DNA of 64,000 nt from Actinomycetota bacterium (GTDB lineage: Bacteria > Actinomycetota > Thermoleophilia > Gaiellales > F1-60-MAGs149), in assembly GCA_026392355.1 (NCBI GenBank), contig JAPLCF010000030.1, positions 522,259 through 586,258 of the forward strand, given 5' to 3'. A program made the position numbers and the translations under genes. The first letter of the stretch is position 1, and the number at the start of each line of letters is the position of its first letter. Under the pieces are notes generated by a model. That model had not been told where the DNA came from. It worked only from the letters and a program-made list of their open reading frames with translations, and ran no database searches. Of the stretch, positions 22,109-30,560 are shown in pieces.

Positions 22109-23479
22109 ATGGCGGTTGCAGTTGAGAGCGCGAAGGCCGGACTTGATCCGATGTTCAACCCGGATTGGTTTCTGACCGACGAGGAGAGGGCGCTGCGCGA
22201 GCAGTTGATCGAGATCTGCGAGAAGGAGATCCGTCCCCGCGCCGCCCAAAACGACCGCGAGCTGATCTTTCCTCGCGAGAGCCTCGAGGCGCTCGGCCCG
22301 TTCCTCGGCCTGACGCTGCCCAAGGAATGGGGCGGCCTCGGCCAGGGTCACGCGATGCTCGTCGCCACGACCGAGACGATTGCGCGCTACGGCTGCGCCT
22401 CCACCGCCATGTGTTACACGATGCACATGGGCGCGGTTGAGTCCCTTCGCCTGACCGCCACCGAGTGGCACACGGAGAACGTCCTCAAGAAGATCGTCTC
22501 CGACAAGCTGATCGGCACCCTTTCGTTCTCCGATCCGGAGACTGGCTCGCACTTCTGGTACCCGATCTCGTCCGGCGCCCGCAAGGTCGAGGGCGGCTAC
22601 GAGGTGCTGAAGAAGGCGTCGTGGACGACGTCCGGCGGCTTCGCCGACTGGTACGTCCTGCAGACGACGTCGCCGGAGTTCAAGGCCTACTCGGACCTGA
22701 CCTGCTGGCTCGTCTTCAACGACGAGGTCGAGTCGGGCCACGCCGAGTGGGACGCCATGGGCCTGCGCGGCAACCAGTCTGGTTCGCTGCTGCTCGACTG
22801 GAAGCTCCTCGGCGAGGAGCGCATGGTCGGCGCGATTGGTGATGGCGCCTGGGCCAACGACGAGGCGGTCGATCCGTTCTTCCTGATCTCCTCCAGCGCC
22901 TGCTGGAGCGGCATCGCGCTTGGTGCGATCGACATCTGCATCCAGCACACGACCCGCAAGGTCCACAAGGACGTCGGCATGCGCGTCTGCGACTACCCGA
23001 CGATTCAGGACTCCGTCGGCGAGGCGATCATCGACACGAACGCCATCCGCTGCATGAACTACTCGATCGCCGCCGCCATGGACAACGTGACGGATAACGG
23101 CCAGCGCACGCTCGAGCAGTCCGAGTACGCCCGCGGCAACTACCTCCACTGGCTCTGGCAGCTCAAGTTCGCCTCGGCCAAGAACTGCGGCCTCGTCGTC
23201 GACGAGATGATGCACTCCGCCGGTGGCACGTCGTACAAGAAGTCGCCGCTCGAGCTGGAGCGCTTCGTCCGCGACGGCAAGGCCGGCTGGGTGATGGGCC
23301 CGACGAACGAGGTCCTGCGCCAGTTCGTCGGCAAGACCGCCCTGCTGGGCATGGAGTCGCTCGACTACTGGAACCAGGTCGTCAACGAGCGCTCGATCAA
23401 GAACGAGACCAAGAAGATGACGCCCGAGCAGAAGAAGGCGCTCGCCGAGGAACTCCTCGCCGAGGCCGCGCAGGGCTAG
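22109..23479 (+). CDS. acyl-CoA-dehydrogenase-fold flavoprotein lacking the canonical catalytic Glu (oxidase/monooxygenase-like)
   Basis: From MAVAVESAKAGLDP (GAGGAGGAG upstream). ACAD-like N-terminal, middle and C-terminal domains are visible (LTLPKEWGGLGQGH..., GTLSFSDPETGSH..., WDAMGLRGNQSGSL...). Where ACADs carry (I/V)YEG(T/S)xE, this protein reads VMGPTNEV. Confidence 0.8.
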   Translation: MAVAVESAKAGLDPMFNPDWFLTDEERALREQLIEICEKEIRPRAAQNDRELIFPRESLEALGPFLGLTLPKEWGGLGQGHAMLVATTETIARYGCASTAMCYTMHMGAVESLRLTATEWHTENVLKKIVSDKLIGTLSFSDPETGSHFWYPISSGARKVEGGYEVLKKASWTTSGGFADWYVLQTTSPEFKAYSDLTCWLVFNDEVESGHAEWDAMGLRGNQSGSLLLDWKLLGEERMVGAIGDGAWANDEAVDPFFLISSSACWSGIALGAIDICIQHTTRKVHKDVGMRVCDYPTIQDSVGEAIIDTNAIRCMNYSIAAAMDNVTDNGQRTLEQSEYARGNYLHWLWQLKFASAKNCGLVVDEMMHSAGGTSYKKSPLELERFVRDGKAGWVMGPTNEVLRQFVGKTALLGMESLDYWNQVVNERSIKNETKKMTPEQKKALAEELLAEAAQG

Positions 23480-23492
23480 TTCGCAACGTCAA

Positions 23493-23538
23493 GGCCCCCT
23501 GGCTGCACCGCATCGCGGTGCAGCCAGGGGGCCTTTTT
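23493..23538 (+). terminator. rho-independent terminator
   Basis: 19-bp perfect stem GGCCCCCTGGCTGCACCGC-atc-GCGGTGCAGCCAGGGGGCC followed by TTTTT. Confidence 0.85.
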
Positions 23539-23554
23539 CGTTGTGGGACCAGAC

Positions 23555-23936
23555 TGACGATGGGAACACCCCGAGGTGGCTCGGTGGGAAACGACCGATT
23601 CACCTCGCGGTGATCCCGTCGCCTGGGTGGATCAACTGCGCCAGCAGTGGCATTGGCCTCCGAGAGATCTCGGAACCAGGCGACGCGATCGCCTCGAGGT
23701 GAATCGGTCCTTTCGGACCGAGCCACCTCGAGGCCTTCGCGTCGTCAAACGCGAACAACGAACAGGCCTTCGAGTCGTCGCCGTGGATCAACCGCGCCAG
23801 CAACGGCATTGGCCTCCGAGAGATCTCGGAACCAGGCGACGCGATGACCTCGAGGTGAATCAGTCTTTTCAGACTGAGCCACCTCGAGGCCCTCGCGTCG
23901 TCCAGCGCGACCAATCGACAGGCCTTCGCGTCGTCG
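23555..23936. repeat. MITE-like palindromic element family 1: one full copy (23555-23747) plus a tandem partial copy
   Basis: The module is GAGGTGGCTCGG..CCGATTCACCTC, then GATCCCGTCGCCTGG, core, CCAGGCGACGCGATC, then CCTCGAGGTGAATCGG..CCGAGCCACCTCGAGG, then ..TTCGCGTCGTC. The right half repeats again at 23770-23903. Related copies lie at 30560-30832 and 43178-43369. Confidence 0.9.
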
Positions 23937-23966
23937 GGCGAGATCCGGGGCCCTAACGTCGAGGCC

Positions 23967-25637
23967 CTAGAACAGTCCGACAACCGTGCCGTCGTCGGCC
24001 AGATCGATCGCGTTCGCAGCAGGCACCGCGCCGAGGCCCGGCATCTGCAGCATGTCGCCGCACAGCGGCACCAGCATGCCGGCACCCGTGTACGAGCGGA
24101 TGTCGCGGATCGGCACCGTGAAGCCGGTCGGGCGGTTACGCAGCGTCGGATCGTGCGACAGCGACAGATGCGACTTCGCCATGCAGATCGGGAGGTGCGA
24201 GATGCCCTCCTTCTCGAAGCGGGCGATCGCAGCCAGCGCGGCGGGCGACAGGTCGACGCCGTCGGCGCCGTACACCGTCTTGGCGATCGTCTCGATCTTC
24301 TGGGCAACCGGATCCGAGTCCTCGTAGAGCATCTTGAAGTCCGACGGCGCCTCAGCAGCGGCACAGACGATCTCGGCGAGCTCGGTGACACCGTCGCCAC
24401 CCGCACCGAAGCCGTTGTGGATGGCAGCACCAAAGGCACCGGCCTCCAGTGCGAGCGTCTTGATCAGCTCGAGCAGCTCGGGCTCATCATCGGGACGCGT
24501 GTTGATCGTGACGACCGGCTGGATGCCGAAGGCGCGCACGTTCTCGATGTGCTTGGCGAGGTTCGCCATGCCCGTCTCGACCTCGGCACGCATCTGCGCC
24601 ATCTCGGCCGTCGACTGCCAGTCGCCGCCGCCGTGGTGGCGCAGCGCGCGCACCGTCGCGACGATCACGACAACGTGCGGCTTGAGCCCACCGACGCGGC
24701 AGACGATGTCCATGAACTTCTCCATGCCAAGATCGGCGGCGAAGCCGGACTCGGTGATCAGGAACTCACCCAGCTTGAGGCCAATGCGGTCCGCGATGAT
24801 GGAGTTGTTGCCGTGGGCGATGTTCGCGAACGGACCGCAGTGCATCAGGCACAGCTGACCCTCAAGCGTCTGCACGATGTTCGGCTTGATCGCGTCGCGC
24901 AGAAGGACGGCCATCGAGCCAGCGGCCTTGACATCCTCGGCGGTAACGGGATCGCCCGCCTTCGTGTAACCGACGGTGATCGCGCCAAGCTTCTTGCGCA
25001 GATCCTTCATGTCGGTGGCCAGCGCCATGATCGCCATGACCTCGGAGGCGGCGGTGATGTCGAAGCCGGACTCCGCGGGAATGCCGTTCTTGGGGCCACC
25101 GAGGCCCGTCACGATGTTGCGGAGCGAGCGGTCGGTCACGTCGATCGCGCGACGCCACGTGACGTTGGCGATCTGCGGGCTGTGCCCGTGGAAGATGTGC
25201 GCATCAACCAGCGCCGACAGGAGGTTGTTCGCGGCGGTGATGGCGTGCACGTCACCGGTGAAGTGGAGGTTGAGGTCCTCCATCGGTACGACCTGGGCGT
25301 AGCCGCCACCGGCTGCGCCGCCCTTCACACCGAAGACAGGGCCGAGCGACGGTTCGCGCAGCGCGAGCATCGCGCGACGGCCGATCTTGCCCATGCCCTG
25401 CGTCAGCGAGACGGAGGTCGTCGTCTTGCCCTCGCCGGCCGGGGTCGGCGTAATTGCAGTGACGTTGACGATCTTCGCGTCCGGGACGTCCTTGAGGCGG
25501 TCGAGAATCGACAGCTCGATCTTGGCCTTGTAGCGGCCGTAGAGCTCGAGCTCATCCGGCAGGATGCCGTACTCGGCTGCAATATCGGCGATCGGCTGGA
25601 GCGTATGCTCCTGGGCGATTTCAAGGCTCGACTTCAT
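23967..25637 (-). CDS. fhs: formate-tetrahydrofolate ligase
   Basis: MKSSLEIAQEHTLQPIADIA..., TAITPTPAGEGKTTTSVSL, REPSLGPVFGVKGGAAGGGYAQV; 556 aa. Confidence 0.95.
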   Translation of the reverse strand: MKSSLEIAQEHTLQPIADIAAEYGILPDELELYGRYKAKIELSILDRLKDVPDAKIVNVTAITPTPAGEGKTTTSVSLTQGMGKIGRRAMLALREPSLGPVFGVKGGAAGGGYAQVVPMEDLNLHFTGDVHAITAANNLLSALVDAHIFHGHSPQIANVTWRRAIDVTDRSLRNIVTGLGGPKNGIPAESGFDITAASEVMAIMALATDMKDLRKKLGAITVGYTKAGDPVTAEDVKAAGSMAVLLRDAIKPNIVQTLEGQLCLMHCGPFANIAHGNNSIIADRIGLKLGEFLITESGFAADLGMEKFMDIVCRVGGLKPHVVVIVATVRALRHHGGGDWQSTAEMAQMRAEVETGMANLAKHIENVRAFGIQPVVTINTRPDDEPELLELIKTLALEAGAFGAAIHNGFGAGGDGVTELAEIVCAAAEAPSDFKMLYEDSDPVAQKIETIAKTVYGADGVDLSPAALAAIARFEKEGISHLPICMAKSHLSLSHDPTLRNRPTGFTVPIRDIRSYTGAGMLVPLCGDMLQMPGLGAVPAANAIDLADDGTVVGLF

Positions 25638-25851
25638 CGTTTTGACTCTCTCCTCCGTGGCATGTCTGACGGGAACCTACAGTGATCACCCGCCCCTTGC
25701 GCCGCCCACATAGAATGCAGAAACGGCGCTGAGAAGAGGCTACAGCCCGCGAACTACACGATCAGGGGTAGTACGTACAGCAAACACCGCCCCTAGTGTG
25801 TATACCTTCCACAATGCACGGCCTAAATACGCCCCCTACCCTTAACCCACT

Positions 25852-26121
25852 GTGAGCCACTTCCACATCAAAACCCCATTTGGCCTCCGCCCCGTCAGCG
25901 AGTTCTCGTACGGCGGCGAAGTGCGTCCCCCACTGGCACCTGATGCCCCCGACGAGGAGGCGATCGACCACCTGTGGCTGCGCGCCAACATCGCCGGGGT
26001 GCAGAAGGAGCGGTGGTTCCACTCCAGCGGCACGCGTCGCTGGTACACGATCGTGCGTGACACGCGCACGAACATCGTCCTGGCGCAGCCGGGCGAGGAG
26101 TACACGGAGGGCTCGGCGTGA
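25852..26121 (+). CDS. sarcosine-oxidase-type delta subunit (MgdB/SoxD-like)
   Basis: 89 aa with SEFSYGGEV...ERWFHSSGTRRWYTIVRDTRTN, matching the SoxD pattern EF.YGGE...ERW.H..GC..W. The stop overlaps the alpha-subunit start. Confidence 0.8.
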   Translation: MSHFHIKTPFGLRPVSEFSYGGEVRPPLAPDAPDEEAIDHLWLRANIAGVQKERWFHSSGTRRWYTIVRDTRTNIVLAQPGEEYTEGSA

Positions 26122-28769
26122 GCATTGAATTCGAAGGGCGCGACGTCGCCATTCAGCCGGGCGACACACTCGCCTCGGCGCTTTATCGGGATGGCGTCCG
26201 CGTCTTCTCCCGCTCGTTCAAGTACCACCGCCCCCGCGGCCTCTACTGCCTGTCGGGCGACTGCCCGAACTGCCTGGTCACGGTCGACGGCGAGGTCAAC
26301 GTCCGCGCGTGCATGTGCGCCGCCAAGGATGGCCAGAAGGTCTCGCGTCAGAACGCGTGGCCGTCGGTCGACCGTGACGCACTCAACGTGATCGACAAGT
26401 TCCATCCGCTGATGCCCGTCGGCTTCTACTACAAGGCCGGCATCAAGCCGAAGTTCGCGTGGCCGATGGCCGAAGGCGTGATCCGCCGCGTGGCTGGCCT
26501 CGGCTTCTCGGACAAGAACGATGCGCCGCAGGACATCGATCGCATCAACCGTCATCCCGACGTGCTCGTGATCGGTGCGGGCGTCGCTGGCCTTTCGGCC
26601 GCGATTGCCGCTGCCGACGCTGGCAAGCGCGTGATGGTCATCGATGAGGGCTCCGAGCCCGGTCTCCGCGTTGCCGCGGGCCCGACGAAGGACGCCATCA
26701 ACGGACTTGCCGCGACGGCTGCGGCGAACGCCAACATCGAGCTGAACCCGGGCACGTCCGCCATCGGCATCTACGAGGGCCCGATGGTTCTCGCCATCAC
26801 CGCCGAGCAGACGCTCCACATCCACCCGACGAACATCGTGATCGCGTCGGGCGGCATGGAGATGCATCGCATCTTCGTAAGCAACGACCTGCCCGGCATC
26901 TTCATGGGCCGCGGTGCCGCTCGCCTCGCGGGCGCCCAAGGCGTCAAGGTCGGCGACACGGCTGTCGTCTGGGCCGAGACCCAGGAGGCAGTCGAGCACG
27001 CGAAGACGCTCGCCGCCTCCGGTACGACGGTAGCTGCCGTCGTGACGGGTCCCGGCGTCGACGCCTCGGGTGTCGGCAATCGCCAGATCGCTGGCGAGAT
27101 CGTCGAGGCCAAGGGCCGCAAGAAGCTGTCCGGCGTCGTCGTCAAGACGTCCGGCGGCTCGACCGAGGAGATCGCCTGCGACATCCTCGCCTGTGGTGCG
27201 GAGATCCAGCAGAACATGCACCTCCCCCGTCTCGCCTACGACCTGCCGTGTGTGCTCGCCGGCGACGCTGCCATCCCTGGCACGACGCTCGACGAGGCCG
27301 CCAAGCAGGGCACCGAGGCGGGTGCTGCTGCGGCAGCCGGTCTGCCCCTGTACGTGAACCCGCCCGCCTCCCAGCCGCGCAAGTGCGGTACCGCTGGCTA
27401 CGTCTGTCTCTGCGAGGACGTGTCGGTCAAGGAGGTCGAGCAGGCGATCGACGAGGGCTTCGAGTCCGCTGAGCTCCTCAAGCGCTACACGACCGTGACG
27501 ATGGGACCGTGCCAGGGGCGCCTCTGCGCCGACCAGCTGCGGGCCATCGCGGAGCGCAAGACGCCGGCCGAGGCTGCACGTGTCTCGGCGCCGACGACCC
27601 TGCGTCCGCCGGTTCGCCCGATCCGCATCGAGCAGGCGGCTGCAGGTGCCCGTCATCACATCGAGCGCCACACCCCGCTCCACCAGAAGCATCTGGAGAT
27701 GGGCGCGTCGACCCTCTGGGCCGGCCCGTGGAAGCGCATCTTCTCGTACGGCGACATGCAGGCCGAGTACGAGGCCGTCCGCCATCGCGTCGGCGTCATC
27801 GACGTCGGCACGCTCGGCAAGTTCCTGCTGGCCGGCCCCGACGTCGTCGAGTTCCTTGAGCGCATCTACCCGATGCGCGTCGCGGACCTCGAGCCCGGCA
27901 AGCTGCGCTACGGCCTGATGCTCGAGGAAGGCGGGGTCATCATCGATGACGGCACCGTCTGCGCCCTCGAGGGTGGTGCGTTCTACTGCACCGTCACCAC
28001 ATCGGGTGCTGAGCGCCTCGAGTCCTGGATGCTCGACTGGCGTGAGGCCTGGGGCCTCGACGTCTTCGTCGTCAACCAGACCGCGTCGCTCGCAGCTGTC
28101 AACGTCGCCGGCCCACACGCCCGCGATCTGCTCGAGAAGCTGTGTGACGATCCGATCGACAAGGAGTCGTTCCCGTACCTGCGGCATCGCCGCATCACGG
28201 TCAACGGCGTCTCCTGTCTGGCCATCCGCCTCGGCTTCGTTGGCGAGCTGGCCTACGAGCTCCACTTCCCCGCCGCCAACGCGGTCGAGATGTGGGACGC
28301 GATTCTCGAGGCAGGCAAGGAGTGGGACATCAAGCCGTTCGGCCTTGACGCCCAGCGCCTTCTCCGCCTTGAGAAGGGTCACATCATCATCTCCCAGGAC
28401 ACCGACTTCGAGACGACCCCGTGGAAGGTCTCGATGGACTGGGCTGTGAAGCTCGACAAGCCCGACTTCGTCGGCAAGGCTGCTCTGATTCGCGCGCAGC
28501 GTCGCACCCCGCGTGAGACGCTCGTGCCATGGCAGATGGAGCCTGGTATGGCAACCCCCGCAGAGGGCTCGATCGTAACGGTCGGCGGCAATCTGAACGG
28601 ACGTGTAACGTCCTCGAAGATGTCGTATGTCCTCGGCCACCCGGTCGGACTCGCGTGGGTAACCACCGAGTTCGCGAAGGCTGGCGGAACCATCTCTATC
28701 GGAGGCGCGCCGGCATCTATCGGTGACCACGCCTTCTACGACCCTGAGGGAGTGAAGCTCCGTGCCTAA
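26118..28769 (+). CDS. sarcosine-oxidase-type alpha subunit (MgdC/SoxA-like) with an N-terminal Cys4 2Fe-2S-type motif
   Basis: 883 aa. N-terminus: GDTLASALYRDGVRVFSRSFKYHRPRGLYCLSGDCPNCLVTVDGEVNVRAC. Rossmann motif VLVIGAGVAGLSAA. The C-terminal half is a GcvT-like folate-binding domain (VGVIDVGTLGKFLLAGPD...GHIIISQDTD...). Confidence 0.9.
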   Translation: MSIEFEGRDVAIQPGDTLASALYRDGVRVFSRSFKYHRPRGLYCLSGDCPNCLVTVDGEVNVRACMCAAKDGQKVSRQNAWPSVDRDALNVIDKFHPLMPVGFYYKAGIKPKFAWPMAEGVIRRVAGLGFSDKNDAPQDIDRINRHPDVLVIGAGVAGLSAAIAAADAGKRVMVIDEGSEPGLRVAAGPTKDAINGLAATAAANANIELNPGTSAIGIYEGPMVLAITAEQTLHIHPTNIVIASGGMEMHRIFVSNDLPGIFMGRGAARLAGAQGVKVGDTAVVWAETQEAVEHAKTLAASGTTVAAVVTGPGVDASGVGNRQIAGEIVEAKGRKKLSGVVVKTSGGSTEEIACDILACGAEIQQNMHLPRLAYDLPCVLAGDAAIPGTTLDEAAKQGTEAGAAAAAGLPLYVNPPASQPRKCGTAGYVCLCEDVSVKEVEQAIDEGFESAELLKRYTTVTMGPCQGRLCADQLRAIAERKTPAEAARVSAPTTLRPPVRPIRIEQAAAGARHHIERHTPLHQKHLEMGASTLWAGPWKRIFSYGDMQAEYEAVRHRVGVIDVGTLGKFLLAGPDVVEFLERIYPMRVADLEPGKLRYGLMLEEGGVIIDDGTVCALEGGAFYCTVTTSGAERLESWMLDWREAWGLDVFVVNQTASLAAVNVAGPHARDLLEKLCDDPIDKESFPYLRHRRITVNGVSCLAIRLGFVGELAYELHFPAANAVEMWDAILEAGKEWDIKPFGLDAQRLLRLEKGHIIISQDTDFETTPWKVSMDWAVKLDKPDFVGKAALIRAQRRTPRETLVPWQMEPGMATPAEGSIVTVGGNLNGRVTSSKMSYVLGHPVGLAWVTTEFAKAGGTISIGGAPASIGDHAFYDPEGVKLRA

Positions 28770-29283
28770 TCTTTTTGAAGTCAAAGGCGCAGCGAAGATC
28801 CGCTGCTTCGGCAAGGAAGCCGTTCTGGACGGGCTCAAGCAGCCTGCTGGAACGCTGATCGGCCGCATTACCCCCGACGAGGTCATCTTCGTCGGCGAGC
28901 CCGGCACTGCTGCCGCGCTCGTCGAGGACCTCTCGGGCCAGCTCGCGAGCGAGGGCACTGCCGCGCTCGTCGTCGATCACACCGACGGCTGGTCGTTCTT
29001 CACCATCGAGGGTGAGGGCGTCGAGGAGGTGTTCGCCCGCGAGGCGAACTGGAAGCTCCCCGTCTCGAACGGCGAGCCGGTCTTCACGGTCGGCAAGGTC
29101 TGCCATGTCGCTGGCAAGGTGTTCGTCCGGCCCAACCGGATCGACATCATGACCGGCGGCGAGGTCATCGAGCACGTGCACCACTCGCTGCTCCATGCCG
29201 GCCATCACGTCAACATGCATGAGGTCGCCGCTCCCGCGCAGAATGCGCTCGGCGTCGGCACAGAAGGGGTGGCAGTCTCGTGA
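28762..29283 (+). CDS. sarcosine-oxidase-type gamma subunit (MgdD/SoxG-like)
   Basis: 173 aa. Its GTG start overlaps the alpha stop and its stop overlaps the beta start (GTGA). The call rests on position, size and a weak similarity pattern. Confidence 0.65.
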   Translation: MPNLFEVKGAAKIRCFGKEAVLDGLKQPAGTLIGRITPDEVIFVGEPGTAAALVEDLSGQLASEGTAALVVDHTDGWSFFTIEGEGVEEVFAREANWKLPVSNGEPVFTVGKVCHVAGKVFVRPNRIDIMTGGEVIEHVHHSLLHAGHHVNMHEVAAPAQNALGVGTEGVAVS

Positions 29284-30500
29284 GCGGTCTCCTGCGAGGA
29301 CGCACGTTCTTCAAGAAGTACCCGATGAAGAAGTCGTACGACGTCGTCATCATTGGTGGCGGTGCGCACGGCCTCGGCACGGCGTACTACCTGGTCAAGA
29401 ACCACGGCATCAAGGCCGAGAACATCGCGGTCCTTGAGATGAACTACATCGGTGCCGGCGGTTCGGGTCGCAACACGACCATCGTCCGCTCGAACTACCG
29501 CACGCCCGAGGGCATTCGGTTCTACGAGCGCTCGATGGAGCTGTGGCGTGGCCTGTCCCAGGACCTCGACTTCAACATGATGATGTCGAACCTCGGTCAC
29601 TTCACGCTGGCCCACACCGACTCGTCGGTGCGCGTGCAGCGCGAGCGCGCCGAGACCAACAAGGTCCTCGGTGTCGACTCTCGGCTGATCTTCCGCGATG
29701 AGATCGCGGAGCTCTGCCCCGAGCTGAACATGTCGATGGACGTGCCGTACCCGATCGAGGCCGCGCTGTACCACCCGCCGGGCTCGGTGCTGCGTCACGA
29801 CGCCGTCGTCTGGGGCTACGGCTCCCAGTTCTCGATGCGCGGCGGTCACATCCACCAGGGTGTGAAGGTCACGGCGATCCGCAAGGACTCGGCCGGCAAG
29901 TGCATCGGTGTCGACACGAGCCAGGGCCCGATCGACGCCGGTGTCGTGATGAGCGCCGTCGCTGGTTGGACGACGCAGGTCACCGACCTCGCCGGTGTCC
30001 GCACCCCGATCACGAACCATCCGCTCCAAGCGTTCGTGACGGAGCCGGTCAAGCCGCTCCTCCACAAGATCATCGTGTCGGCTTCGCTGCACACGTACAT
30101 CTCGCAGACGGACCGCGGTGAGGTTCTGATCGGCTCGGAGATCGAGCCGTACACCACGTACAACATGCGCTCGACGAACACGTTCCTCGAGCACTCCACG
30201 GCGAATGCCCTGGACGTTGTGCCGCTGCTGGCGCGCCTGAAGATTCAGCGCCAGTGGACGGGTTACTGCGACATGACCCCGGACTACAGCCCGATCATGG
30301 GCAAGACCGAGGTCGATAACTTCCTGATCGACGCCGGTTGGGGTACGTGGGGCTTCAAGGCCTCCGCGGTGTGCGGCGAGACGATGGCAGAGCTGATTGC
30401 CACGAATCGCACGCCGGACCTGATCGAGCCCTTCCGCCTCTCCCGGTTCGCCGAGGAGATGCTGGTGCCCGAGAAGGCTGCTGCTTCCGTCTCCCACTAG
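29280..30500 (+). CDS. sarcosine-oxidase-type beta subunit (MgdA/SoxB-like), FAD-dependent
   Basis: KKSYDVVIIGGGAHGLGTAYYL, GSGRNTTIVRSNYRTPEG, LRHDAVVWGY, CGWGTWGFKA-like DAGWGTWGFKAS, C-terminal ...EKAAASVSH. Confidence 0.9.
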   Translation: MSGLLRGRTFFKKYPMKKSYDVVIIGGGAHGLGTAYYLVKNHGIKAENIAVLEMNYIGAGGSGRNTTIVRSNYRTPEGIRFYERSMELWRGLSQDLDFNMMMSNLGHFTLAHTDSSVRVQRERAETNKVLGVDSRLIFRDEIAELCPELNMSMDVPYPIEAALYHPPGSVLRHDAVVWGYGSQFSMRGGHIHQGVKVTAIRKDSAGKCIGVDTSQGPIDAGVVMSAVAGWTTQVTDLAGVRTPITNHPLQAFVTEPVKPLLHKIIVSASLHTYISQTDRGEVLIGSEIEPYTTYNMRSTNTFLEHSTANALDVVPLLARLKIQRQWTGYCDMTPDYSPIMGKTEVDNFLIDAGWGTWGFKASAVCGETMAELIATNRTPDLIEPFRLSRFAEEMLVPEKAAASVSH

Positions 30501-30526
30501 AGACCGCAGCTCAAACCAGTACTTCC

Positions 30527-30560
30527 CTGAGGGGCGGCTTCGGCCGCCCCTCAGTCGTTT
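30527..30560 (+). terminator. rho-independent terminator
   Basis: CTGAGGGGCGGC-ttcg-GCCGCCCCTCAG followed by TCGTTT. Confidence 0.8.

Noticed and set aside
23397-23956. ORFs encoding recurring peptides such as MARSERTDSPRGDRVAWF... and ...RRRDRLEVNRSFRTEPPRGLRVV; similar ones occur at 30581 onward and 42990-43301
   Set aside because: The shared peptide is simply the translation of the family-1 DNA repeat in both orientations. The ORFs lie in intergenic gaps, lack RBS context, and their similarity follows the nucleotide palindrome rather than a protein fold.
25638-25851. ZTP, THF or glycine riboswitch in the divergent region between fhs and the sox-like operon
   Set aside because: I found no CCGCCUGGGC-type ZTP pseudoknot element or other conserved riboswitch cores by eye on either strand. 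I treat the region as an ordinary, locally AT-richer divergent promoter region pending a covariance-model search.
25842-28958. 1038-aa minus-strand ORF
   Set aside because: It is antisense to the sarcosine-oxidase-like delta, alpha and gamma genes, has a low-complexity Arg/Asp/Gly-rich translation and shows no motifs.
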